Shown here piece by piece: positions 53,097 through 64,000 of a stretch of DNA of 64,000 nucleotides. Position 1 is the stretch's first letter; each line of letters starts with the position of its first letter. The DNA is from Eledone cirrhosa (lineage: Eukaryota). Below the pieces are notes generated by a model that did not search any database, had not been told where the DNA came from, and saw nothing but the letters and a program-made list of their open reading frames with translations. The stretch covers positions 34,658,001 to 34,722,000 of the forward strand of contig OZ024750.1 of NCBI GenBank assembly GCA_964016885.1. The letters run 5' to 3'. The translations under genes were made by a program, and so were the position numbers.

Positions 53097-53175
53097 AATA
53101 TGGTTTTATAAATATAGTTTTTCATTTATTTAATATTGTATATATATATATATATATTTATATATACTGAATATA

Positions 53176-53231
<56 letters not shown>

Positions 53232-53532
53232 CTTGAAAGTGTGCTACAAGGAAGAAAACCTGTTTGAGGGCCACTTGAGCTGATCAATCACGAAACGCGC
53301 GTCACTCCTCAATAAATGTAATGAAAATTTAGCACCTCATCTATACTATTATTATTTTGGCAGTATCGGTAGAGGGTCAGACGCCATGCTTTCCAGCATA
53401 GTTATGTCCCTTTACGGTCCGAGTTCAAATCCTGCCGAGGTTAACTTTGCCTTTCCTCCTTACGGGGGTCGATAAAATAAAGTACCAGTAATGTACTGGG
53501 TAATTGCTGGCCTTGTGCCTAAAGTAGAAACA

Positions 53533-53568
<36 letters not shown>

Positions 53569-54410
53569 GGCGGTGGATTGGCAGTATCGGTAGAGGATTG
53601 GACGCCATGCTTTCTAGCATAGAGTTACGTCCCTTTATGATCTGATTTCAAATCCTGCCGAGGTTAACTTTGCCTTTCATCCTTACAGGGTCGATAAAAT
53701 AAAGTACCAGTAATGCACTGGAATAATTGCTGGCCTTGTGCCAAAAGTAGAAACAATTATTATTATTTAGGCATCATACAACTGCCCCCACTTCCTCCAA
53801 GTGTGAACCTAATATAACTGTGTAATTTTGCCTCCTGTGTTTTATTTGTTTCATTTATTAACTATATATGAAGATATATGTATATATAAACAAATAGTAA
53901 AAAGAAAACAAATACAGTAGGAAAACGCTGGAGGGATTTTTTTCAGTATAACATCGAAACATTTATTCACAAAGTAGGGATTTCTGCATTTAATCGTGGT
54001 ACCAGTTTCAGCATTATATGCTTTTTCCACAACGGACCCCCCCCCAACCCCCACACCCACACCTGTACACCCCACCTACACTTACCCCCCCCCCCCACAT
54101 ATATATATACACACACACACACATATATATATTTGTGAAGGCGTGTGGCTGAGTGGTTAGAGAATTGGATTCGCAATCGTAAGGTTGTGAGTTCGATTCC
54201 TGGACCGGGCGATGCGTTATGTCCTTGAGCAAGACACTTTATTTCACGTTGGTCCTTCTACCTGGAGTTGCGACCGATAGATAGTATTAGCAATTGGAAA
54301 GACCAATGGAAACATTGTTTCCTTGGTCCGATTTGACGAGTTCCACCCCTCTCATTAAGGTCTATGATCTTGTTAATCGACTGTCAATATATATATATAT
54401 ATATATATAT

Positions 54411-55163
54411 ATGGTGGGGATGGATGGTGGTGGTGGTAATGGTGATGGTGGAGGGTGATGGTGGTGGTGATGAGGGTGGTGGTGATGGTGATGGTGGTGG
54501 AGGGTGATGGTGGTGGTGGTAATGGTGATGGTGGTGATGGTGGTAATGGTGGTGGTGGTGGTAATGGTGGTGGTGGTGGTAATGGTGATGGTCGTGGTGG
54601 TGGTGATGGTAATGGTGATGGTGGTGGTGGTGGCAATGGTGATGGTGGTGGTGGTGATGGTGATGGTGGTGGTGGTGGTAATGGTAATGGTGGTGGTGGT
54701 GGTAATGGTAATGGTGGTGGTGGTGGTAATCGAGGTGGTGGTGGTGGTGGTAATGGAAGTGGTGGTGGTGGTGGTAATGGTGATGGTAATGAGGGTGGTG
54801 GGATGGTGGTGGTAATGGTGATGGTGGTGGTGGTGGTAATGGTGATGTTGGTGGTGATGGTGGTGGTGGTGGTAATGGTGATGGTGGAGGGTGATGGTGG
54901 TGGTGATGAGGGTGGTGGTGATGGTGATGGTGGTGGAGGGTGGTGGTAATGGTGATGGTGGCGGGTGGGTGGTGGTGATGGTGGAGGGTGGTGGTGGGTG
55001 GTGGTGATCGTGGTGATGAGGGTGGTGGTGATGGTGATGGTGATGGTGGTGGTGGTGGTAATGGTGATGGTGGTGGTGATGGTGGTGGTGGTGGTAATGG
55101 AGGTGGTGGTGGTGGTGGTGGTGGTGGAGGTGGTGGTAATGGTGGTGGTGGTGGTAATGGTAG
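54411..55163. repeat. (GGT/GAT)n trinucleotide low-complexity tract (similar tracts at 5708-6035, 31380-31690, 19503-19655)
   Basis: Visible simple repeat; gives poly-P/H/V/G ORFs in all frames. Confidence 0.9.
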
Positions 55164-55956
55164 GAGGGGAATCTCCAAAGATGTCATCTCATTCTAATTG
55201 AGAATATGAACATGAGCTTTGCACAGGAGAGATAATGTTTATTGTACTGTGGTGTGTGTGAGGGTGTGGGGTGGGTGTGTGGCGTAGGGGAGGTGGGTGT
55301 GGGTGGTGGATGCGGGGTGGGGTTGTAGATGTGGGGGTGGGTGGGCGCTTAGATGTTGTGTGTGTGTGTGCATGGTGGGTGAGGGATGTGTGGGTGTGCA
55401 GGTATGTATGTGTGTGTGTGAGGGTGTGGGGTGGGTGTGTGGCGTAGGGGAGGCGGTGTGGGTGGTGGATGTGGGGTGGGTGGGTGCTTAGGTGTTGTGT
55501 GTGTGTGTGTGTGTGCATGGTGGGTGAGAGTATGGGGGTTAGGTGTTGCATGTGAGGGATGTGTGGGTGTGCACGTATGTATGTGTGAGTGTGTGGATGT
55601 GTGTGTGTGTATGTGGCTGTGTATGTGAGGGTATGCGTATGGAGTGGGTGGGGATGTGGTGATATGTTTATATGTCATTAATATGCAATATAAATGGAGA
55701 TAGCACTTGTTATGATAATATTAATCAAGTATTATTAAGATACGTGTTGAGAACTAGAGATTAGTGACTCCAGAAGAAAAATATTCTAAAGAAAGCTCGT
55801 CAAGGTCTCATAAAACTATGACAAATTATAAATATGTTGTCATATGATTAATATATTATTGTTTTTATATGTTTTCATATTTCCTTGATATTGAAATGTA
55901 TTTCATTGTGGCTCATGATTTCCATTTACCCTATATAAATATCCATATATATATAT

Positions 55957-56192
55957 ATATTAATAAGAGGAATTCCAACTTTGTCTGATTTACTCGTTTT
56001 ATTTACAATCCTTTAAAATATATAATGGTATTATAATGAAATAGTATGATAGAATATTAAATTCTAAGTGTTAATTAACACTTAGAATTTAATATTCTAT
56101 CATACTATTTCATTATAATACCATTATATATTTTAAAGGATTGTAAATAAAACGAGTAAATCAGACAAAGTTGGAATTCCTCTTATTAATAT
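55957..56192. repeat. Spacer-less palindrome, ~118-bp arms, centre gtgttaa|ttaacac at 56074/56075
   Basis: Arms are reverse complements apart from small indels. Confidence 0.92.
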
Positions 56193-56247
56193 AATCTTCT
56201 ATACACAATCATACACACCCGTGTATATTTACCTATCTATATCTATA

Positions 56248-56290
<43 letters not shown>

Positions 56291-56294
<4 letters not shown>

Positions 56295-56720
56295 GTGTGT
56301 ATAATGGTAGCTATGGTGCTTCCATAGGCGGTATGCCAAAATTAGCACTCAATATTCTCACAGAGCAGAGTGTGATTAGTATAAAAAAACGAAAAATCAG
56401 TGATGCATTTGGACTCAGTTTGATGCGAGTTACAATTGTTTCGCCGGCAGGTAGCTCGAGACATGAGCACTGTATAGATCTGGCTGATTCTACGGCTGCA
56501 GGTTCCTTCGGACAGCCATAGAATCAGCCAGATCCATACAGTGATCATGTCTTGAGCTACCTGCCGGCGAAACAATTGTAACTCGCAACAAACTGAGTCC
56601 AGATGCATCACTGATTTTTCGTTTTTTTATACTAATCACACTCTGCTCTGTGAGAATATTGAGTGCTAATTTTGGCATACCGCCTATGGAAGCACCATAG
56701 CTACCATTATACACACGTAT
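56291..56720. repeat. Fold-back inverted repeat, ~208-bp arms, 14-bp spacer, flanked by (TA)n
   Basis: Mirror ORFs 56297-56521(+) and 56490-56810(-) share MYNGSYGASIGG...; a handful of substitutions differ between the arms. Confidence 0.93.
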
Positions 56721-56932
56721 ATATATATATATATATACACTCAAACACACACACAGAAATATATATATAGTTATAATAAATGTGAAGACTAAAATCCGAA
56801 GAGGGCTCAATAAGGATTTTATAAATATACAATATATATAAACCTGTAGAGAAAATATGTTTCAGAAGATCCCGTGAAGGAGTGATTCTTTGCTTAAACT
56901 TTAATCTGTTCTTATAATATATATATATATGT

Positions 56933-56998
<66 letters not shown>

Positions 56999-57100
56999 AC
57001 GTATATATACATATACATTCACACACACATATAGAAGTACATATACACTGGTTTGAAGATCACTGAATTGTGTTCTAATCAGGAATTTATTTCTGAATTT

Positions 57101-57147
<47 letters not shown>

Positions 57148-57539
57148 ATCTAAGGCGGGTAAAATTCCCGAGATCCATGGACGAGTTCTCTCCAGCGGTC
57201 TCTGTCCCTCATTATCGCTGCCATATCCTGCATCTCCAACAGACCAGTGTCTGTCATTAGGGCATCAACATATGTTAACCTTGGTCTTCCTCTTCTAGTG
57301 TGTCCATGTATATGTATGTATGTGTATGTATGTGTGTGTGTGAATGAAGTAATTCCGTCGGAAAGGTCCAGGAAAAAAGAGTGCTCTATGTAGGTTACAG
57401 AGCTTAATAGTTATGTAATAAACAACATAAGGCAATTATTTAATTTACCAGTGGTTTCTTGAAAGCAAAAAAATCCTGGTGTATTTATTGACATTGGATT
57501 TTTAAAAAAATTCAATGTCAATAAATACACCAGGATTTT

Positions 57540-57598
57540 TTCATTCTGATGATTGAAAGCAAAATTTGTTTGCTTTCAAGAAACCACTGGTAAATGAA
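57540..57598 (+). ncRNA. Type I hammerhead ribozyme motif with fully paired helices
   Basis: TTCATT CTGATGA TTGAAAGCAAA atttg TTTGCTTTCAA GAAAC CACTG GTA AATGAA. Confidence 0.8.
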
Positions 57599-57628
57599 AT
57601 AATTGCCTTATGTTGTTTATTACATAAC

Positions 57629-57666
<38 letters not shown>

Positions 57667-57822
57667 TAGATAAAGGAAAATGTGAAGTTTGGTGTAGGTG
57701 TTAAAAAGTCCAATATTAACAAAGCTGTGATACATATTCCAATGACAATTGTGGCTAATTGATTGTCCAATCATATAACCAGTTAGGCGATATTATCAGA
57801 TAGCATCTTATGTAATAAGGTT

Positions 57823-57853
<31 letters not shown>

Positions 57854-60800
57854 TTAATTCAGAAATAAATTCCTGATTAGAACACAATTCAGTGATCTTC
57901 AAACCAGTGTATATGTACTTCTACAGGTACACTAGAGGTATTGTAGATATGCAAACTTTATAGACCACCACCCACCAACCTCCAAAACCCCCCAAAACAA
58001 AATATTGGAATGTTGAAGTAATCACAACCAACAAAATGCAATTTGTGTGTCTTGTAAGCTTGAAATACAGTTTATATCACTATACATTTTATAGTGATTT
58101 AATTTATCATCGCTATTATTATTTAACATCCGTTAAAATCATTCACAATTCTCTCCCCTGTCGACTCCCTCTCCTGCAAAGTTATCGTTGTTCACAGCAG
58201 AGATTAACAAACTTCACATCCCCACAATATTTCTTGATTGAAAGCAGCATTTTATCAAAAATAAATATATTAAAGCTTAATGTTTTTTTCAGACAATTAG
58301 ATCAGTTAAAAACATCTACTTGTTGTAATGTCAGCCAACTAGCTGCTATTTACTATTTTTACCTCCAATAATTATGGCAGATACAAAAAAAAAAATAAGA
58401 TAATAGTGCTTATTACACATCAATATGTGGTTTGGTTTCATTGGTAAAAAAAAAAAAATAGGTAGAAAATGATTGCTGACAATGTGTTGTGTGTCATAAA
58501 GATTCTATAAAACCATTCAAAGAATCTAAGATTTTTGAAATGGCATTTCTTAATTAACCTGATCTGGCTGATGAATTATTTTTTCATTTCACACAGAAGA
58601 CAATCTAAGCCATATGCAATTTAACCACAGGTATATAGGTGTATCAAGTCAACTTTACCTTTCATCTTTTCAAGGTCGATAAAAAAGTACCAGTCTAGTA
58701 CTGGGGTCGATTCTTCCTCTATATCTCTTTCTCATTCTCATTTCATCTCTATCACACTATTCTTTTTGGAAGAAACCTGCTGTACTCAGGCCTGGAGAAA
58801 TGGGCTCTGCCTGGCTTTTAAAATGACCTAGAAAAAAATGCTGCATGTTAATACAGCACCCTTACCACTCCCTGAGGCATTAGGGGATAATCCAACCATA
58901 CATGCAGGTGTATGAGTGGCCAGTTACAGCCGGTTTGAACAGAAAGAGGTGAGAGAATTTTGGCCAGATACAGCCTGTTTAAATGATAAAGTGTTAATGG
59001 AATGAATAACTGAAAGCAGGTTGTTAAGTTGAAAGGGAGTAAAAGCATTACATTAGTGAAAGTCAAATTATTAACTCAAAAATATTTTGTTTTACTGCCT
59101 GATTAATTAGATTCTAATTTATTTTCTTGGTTTTACTGGAATCCTTATAGAATTAATTTCAGATCCAAACAATTTACAAGAAGAATTTGTGGAATTTATT
59201 AATGTCGGTGAAAAGTCTTGAAACTTCTTCCCTGACAAAATTCTGGCATTCCTTAGTGTTCGTTTACTCATATGTGGCTATAATATGTGTAAGAAGTTTG
59301 CTGCTGTTCCCATCCTCGTTATTGAATGGGGACAAGGTTTTTCAGCAATGTTTATAATCAAAGACACATGCCTAGAATTGAGTCACCTGTTAGAACAAAC
59401 CACTCATATATATGTCTATTGTCTGTTGTATGATATCTACATATTTTACATCATATGCTATATAAGATTTAGTCTGTGTAGACTTGTCCATCCCTTGCAA
59501 GCAAGGAAAGTCTGTCTCAAGCCAGATGGCTTGTTAGGCCGGTGATTATCTCAGTTTTGTGGCATGAAGCAGCTGAGAGAACAAGACTACTCACTGGACT
59601 GAATGCCAGTCCATCACAGGGTCAAACATCCAGTTACAGCTGGTACTTCATTTTCAGCTGAGTATATTGGAGCAGCATGAAATGAAATATTTTGCTCAAG
59701 AACATAACACACATCCCAGTCCAGGAATCAAATCTATGAAATTATGATTGTAAGCCCAACACCCTTACCACAGGGGCCATGTGCCTCCACTGGAGCAGCA
59801 TGAAATGAGGTGTTTTGCTCAAGAACACAACACACAACTCAGCCTAGGAATTGAACCCCTGACATTATGATCGTTAGTCCAACACCCTTACCACTAGGTC
59901 ACGCGTCTCCACTTAGTATACTGGAACATTGTGAAATGAAGTGTTTTGATCAAGAACTCAGCACAACCTAGTTAAGGTATCAAACCCATGACATTATAAT
60001 CATAAGTCTAATACCCTTATCATGAGGCCGTGCACCTCCACCTAACAGGGAAAGCAGTTATCAAATGATGATAAGTGTATACTGCTGTTGATGGTGACTT
60101 GGTTCTAGAACCTCTGCTTGGAAACAATTAGGAAAAATGATAAAAAAAAAATTACTGACCTTCTTAATCTCCTGCAGAAACAACTGTTGAACAACAACAA
60201 CTTTAGATTAGTATTTCAAAACTGTTTGAATGTCTCTAAGTTTTATTCAGTTATATATTTAAATTCTTGCTAATACTGCCCAAAGATATTTTGGTACAAC
60301 TAATTAAAATGTTTTACTCATATATTTTTTTCTCTCCTCAGAGTGGATGTCATTATTTATATGTGTATCTTTATTTCATAGAAATAGATAAAAATAAAAA
60401 TGCAACATTTTTGTTGTATAAACTTTAAGATAACTGTTGAAGAATTTACAACTTGAAATGAACATTCTGGAATGGTATAAACAACCATTTTAGGCATACC
60501 ACCATAAACAGGGTTATGATAAATATAGATCATTAATTATGACAAAATAATACAGAATATGAATTTTTAAGATTTATTTGAAATAATTTTAGGAATTAAC
60601 ATTTTCTATATAAAAAAATATTCTCTTATAAATAGATTTTTTTTAAAGCAAAATCCTTCATCATATATGTCTTCAGAAATTCAAATTCTGTAAATGCCTT
60701 GAAGCTTTTTAACTGAAAAGAAATTGAATCTTGAATTCTAATTAAGCACAGATAATATTTTTCTATTGTTCTTAAAGCATATAACGCAGGATATATTTTT

Positions 60801-63800
60801 TTAATGAAATCTGAAACTGTTTACATTTTTTGTCTTTTGTTTGGTTTTGGCTTCATATTATTTTTATTTTATTCTTTTATTTCTTTAATCATACTCCAAG
60901 TCATTTAAAAAAAAAGATAATTTGGTGATGTTCTCAGCATCATAATTATCATATTTCCTAACTTCTTTTATTCATGCTTATACAAAGATTTTAAATGGTT
61001 CTTTTAATGTTCATATTAAAGAGGTAATTCATCCTAAAAAAAACTATTTTGATAATTTAATAATAAAGATGATATTTTTAATGTTTATTTCGATAATAAT
61101 TTTATTGTATGAGTAATTAAAAAACAAAACAGGATCTTTTGTCTTTAACTTGGTCACTGACTTTATTACTGGCTTTTTTGAGTAGACACAATGCTAACCC
61201 CTTTAGATTGAGCAGACTTATATAATCTAAGACACTCCAGTTACGACCATTTCATCATTATTTTTATAAGAATGCTGCTACATGCTTACTTGACCTACTA
61301 AAACCAACAAGCAAATCACTCTCAGATCACACTTTAACATCATAAAACAAATGGAAGGACACATTAGTAGTGTCATCAAAAATGTTGAAGGCAACTGCCA
61401 GAAAAACTATAATGTATTGCTGTGTGTCAGCAAAAATGTGATGCCCAGAAGCAACACCACACACTCAAATCTAGGGAGCTATTTAAGAAATATGGCTTTA
61501 AATAGAATATGTCACCAGAGTAAAACCATTTGGGGGTATCGAGGTCTTGTTTGAAAGTGAAACTCTCAGTCTAAAGTAGTCAACAGAGAAAAACAGGCAT
61601 GAAATATGGGTGTGATTAACCTTTTAGCATTTACATTACTCTAGATTTATTATTGTATTTTCACTATAAACACTTTATCTCACATAATTATCTCACATGA
61701 TATCGAATCTGAGATTTTGATATTATATATTTTGAGAACAATACCATATGAGCAGCCTGTTATGGCTGGTTTCAACAGAAAGGGGTGAGAGAATTCTAGC
61801 CAGATATGGCTGGTTTAAATGCTAAAATGGTCTGAATATTGTCAATCTTGTACGAAAACACTCATAATTAGTCTAAAAGAGTTGTGTTTTATATGCTGTC
61901 ATCATCATCATCATCATCATCACTGTTTAATGTCTATTTTTCCATGCTAGCATGGGTTAGACGAGTTGTCCTGTTGTGAAACCAGTCAAATCAGATGACC
62001 ATGTCTTGCTCATACAGAAAACTGGCTTCGTTTCTACAGCTGGATGCCCTTCATAATACCAACCATATCTATGGTTGGTGGTGCTATTAAGTTAGACATG
62101 GCCTGGGCCAATACTGGCTGAAACCTATCAAAGTTATGGTACAGACTGGGCACTTTTGTTGTAGCACTAACACAATCCCTTTACAGTGCAGATTGAGCAC
62201 TTTTGTTGTGGCACAAAGATGACTCCTTTACAGACTTTACAGTGTGGACTGGGTACTATTTGTCCTGTCACCAACACAACCACTTTACAATGTGGACTGG
62301 GTATTTTTTATCATGGCGTCACTTCTGATATATTTATTAAAATTGGGATGAATTACTGTAAAATATTTATGGAATCAATAATGTTGAAAATGAAGATCAA
62401 GATATTTTAAAACTCTCATTTTCCTGATCTCTGAAAATACCTCCAATGTTTACCATAGAATTATGTTATCTTGTCTCAGTCATGGTTATATCATTCAGTC
62501 TGGCAGAAGATGGTTATTAAACAGTGTAACAGAATTATTCTAGAAGCATTTAATAATCAATGTCTGCTCTTAGACTGATGAAAAAAAAAGTTTTTAATCA
62601 AAATATTGGTTTTTCGTTATATTATTCTCATCTTCCTATTTTGTTCTCCTAAGCTCAGCAGGTAGATAAATATTGCTTGATTAAAACCTACAGCTTGGCT
62701 TTGATATATCAATGACATCATAGTTCTTTGATCAGATAAATTGTCTACACAACTCTATGTAATTCCTTTGTGAAGATAGACAAAAAATAATATTGAACTA
62801 CCATTTGATGCATCACTCACTCTATATTTGTGGCTACCAAAGTATTTTTGTATCAAATGCCTACGGGGTTTTGGTATCCAGTGGCTGGTTTAATACCTTA
62901 CAGGCCTAACTTTCTGCTTAAATCACAAATCTCTCTATTTAAACAGAATCAAATAATTTATCAGCTATCTATAAAATATGCTCTAAATATGTTGTCTGGC
63001 TGTCTGGTTTATCATCATCTAATGTCCACATTCCCAGCTAGCAAGAGTTGAGCAGGTCTACATTGACCAAGTCATTACTGAAGCAAGGCTATTGACCTCC
63101 CAGAATGGCCGTTGGGAGGGGATCAGCATCCTGCTTCCCTATGGTCATACATTTTATAGAATGCAGAAGGGTTGTCATCGTGTTTTTTGACACAGACTGA
63201 AGGGTCCTCACAAACCTCTTGTTTGGCAAGCTCTGTACAGTTAGATGCCCCTATCTGGCGAGGAGTCATGGTGTAGAGATAGGTAAGGAGTAAAGGGGGA
63301 ATGAACAAGGGGTAGTGAGAGTAGCTATGAGAGTGCAATGGTGAGGATATCTAAGGGGGTGAGGGGAGTAGTTAATGAGTGGTGTCTTTTGACACAAACT
63401 GAAGGGTCCTCCCAAACCCTTGTTTGGCAAGTTTTCCACCACTGGAGAAGGGGCATGTTGGGTGCTAAGGAGTGGTAGTGTGTGAGGGGAATGAACAAGG
63501 GGTAGAGTGGGTAACTACTAGAGTGCAATGGTGAGAATATTTAAGAGGGGGAGGATAGTAATTAACCCTTTAGCATTTAGACTGACCAGAATTCTCTCAC
63601 CTCTTTCTGTTCAAACTGGCCATAACCAACCACTCATACTTATGTTAAGGTATTGTTTTTAAAATAAATAATATTATTTGATATTTTGTGAAATAATTAT
63701 GTGAGGTAAAGCCTTTACCATGTAAATACAATAATAAATATAGAGTAATATAAATGGTAAAGGGTTAAGGAGTAGTTTTGTAGAGGGGATTAAAAAACAA

Positions 63801-64000
63801 AACAAAAAACAAAAGCCTTAAAATATGTCCCTGAGAAGCATAGCTAATCAATTTGAGGGGAGTAACATCTGTTGAGAGAGGTTGAACTGTTAATAACCTG
63901 ATCAATACACGACTACGGCTCAAGTTGAGAGAAGTAAAGAGAAATGTGTTGATTAAAATACAGACCCTATTGAATTTTATGGAAATACATCTAAAAAGGT

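Larger units (their letters stand above)
44953..53140. mobile_element. Composite Penelope-like insertion: minus-strand full copy with pLTRs plus 5'-truncated inverted plus-strand copy, flanked by (TA)n
   Basis: 44953-46010 is nearly identical to 48981-50034 (direct repeat). 50031-53140 is the reverse complement of ~45040-47952 apart from one SINE insertion. (TA)n runs lie at 44885-44952 and 53140-53227. Confidence 0.92.

Noticed and set aside
54373-55201. Pro/His/Gly-rich ORFs (also 31262-31768 and 5768-6046)
   Set aside because: Trinucleotide low-complexity DNA without splice or codon evidence.

Overview
AT-rich, microsatellite-saturated eukaryotic DNA. No host protein-coding exon could be supported; most long ORFs in the track are translations of (TA)n/(CA)n/(GGT)n repeats. 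The repeat content resembles an octopus/cephalopod genome (inference only). It includes tRNA-derived SINEs, RTE-clade LINE 3' fragments, an L1/Tx1-type fragment, a restriction-like-endonuclease LINE fragment, TTAA-flanked MITEs, several minisatellites and one solitary 5S rRNA copy. The main coding feature is an apparently intact Penelope-like retroelement (737 aa, RT plus GIY-YIG, 46721-48934, minus strand). It has ~1.05-kb direct pseudo-LTRs and a 5'-truncated inverted second copy. The most notable hidden signal is a dense set of about 14 type-I hammerhead ribozyme motifs (CTGANGA...GAAA...TH). They share palindromic helix III and long, sequence-variable but pairing-conserved helix II. Three sit in the Penelope pLTRs. 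The rest sit in short non-coding units, mostly beside (TA)n tracts and often arranged as fold-back palindromes or inverted pairs. This looks like an autonomous Penelope RT plus a diverse population of ribozyme-bearing non-autonomous (retrozyme-like) elements or solo pLTRs. Coordinates were counted by eye and may be off by a few bases.
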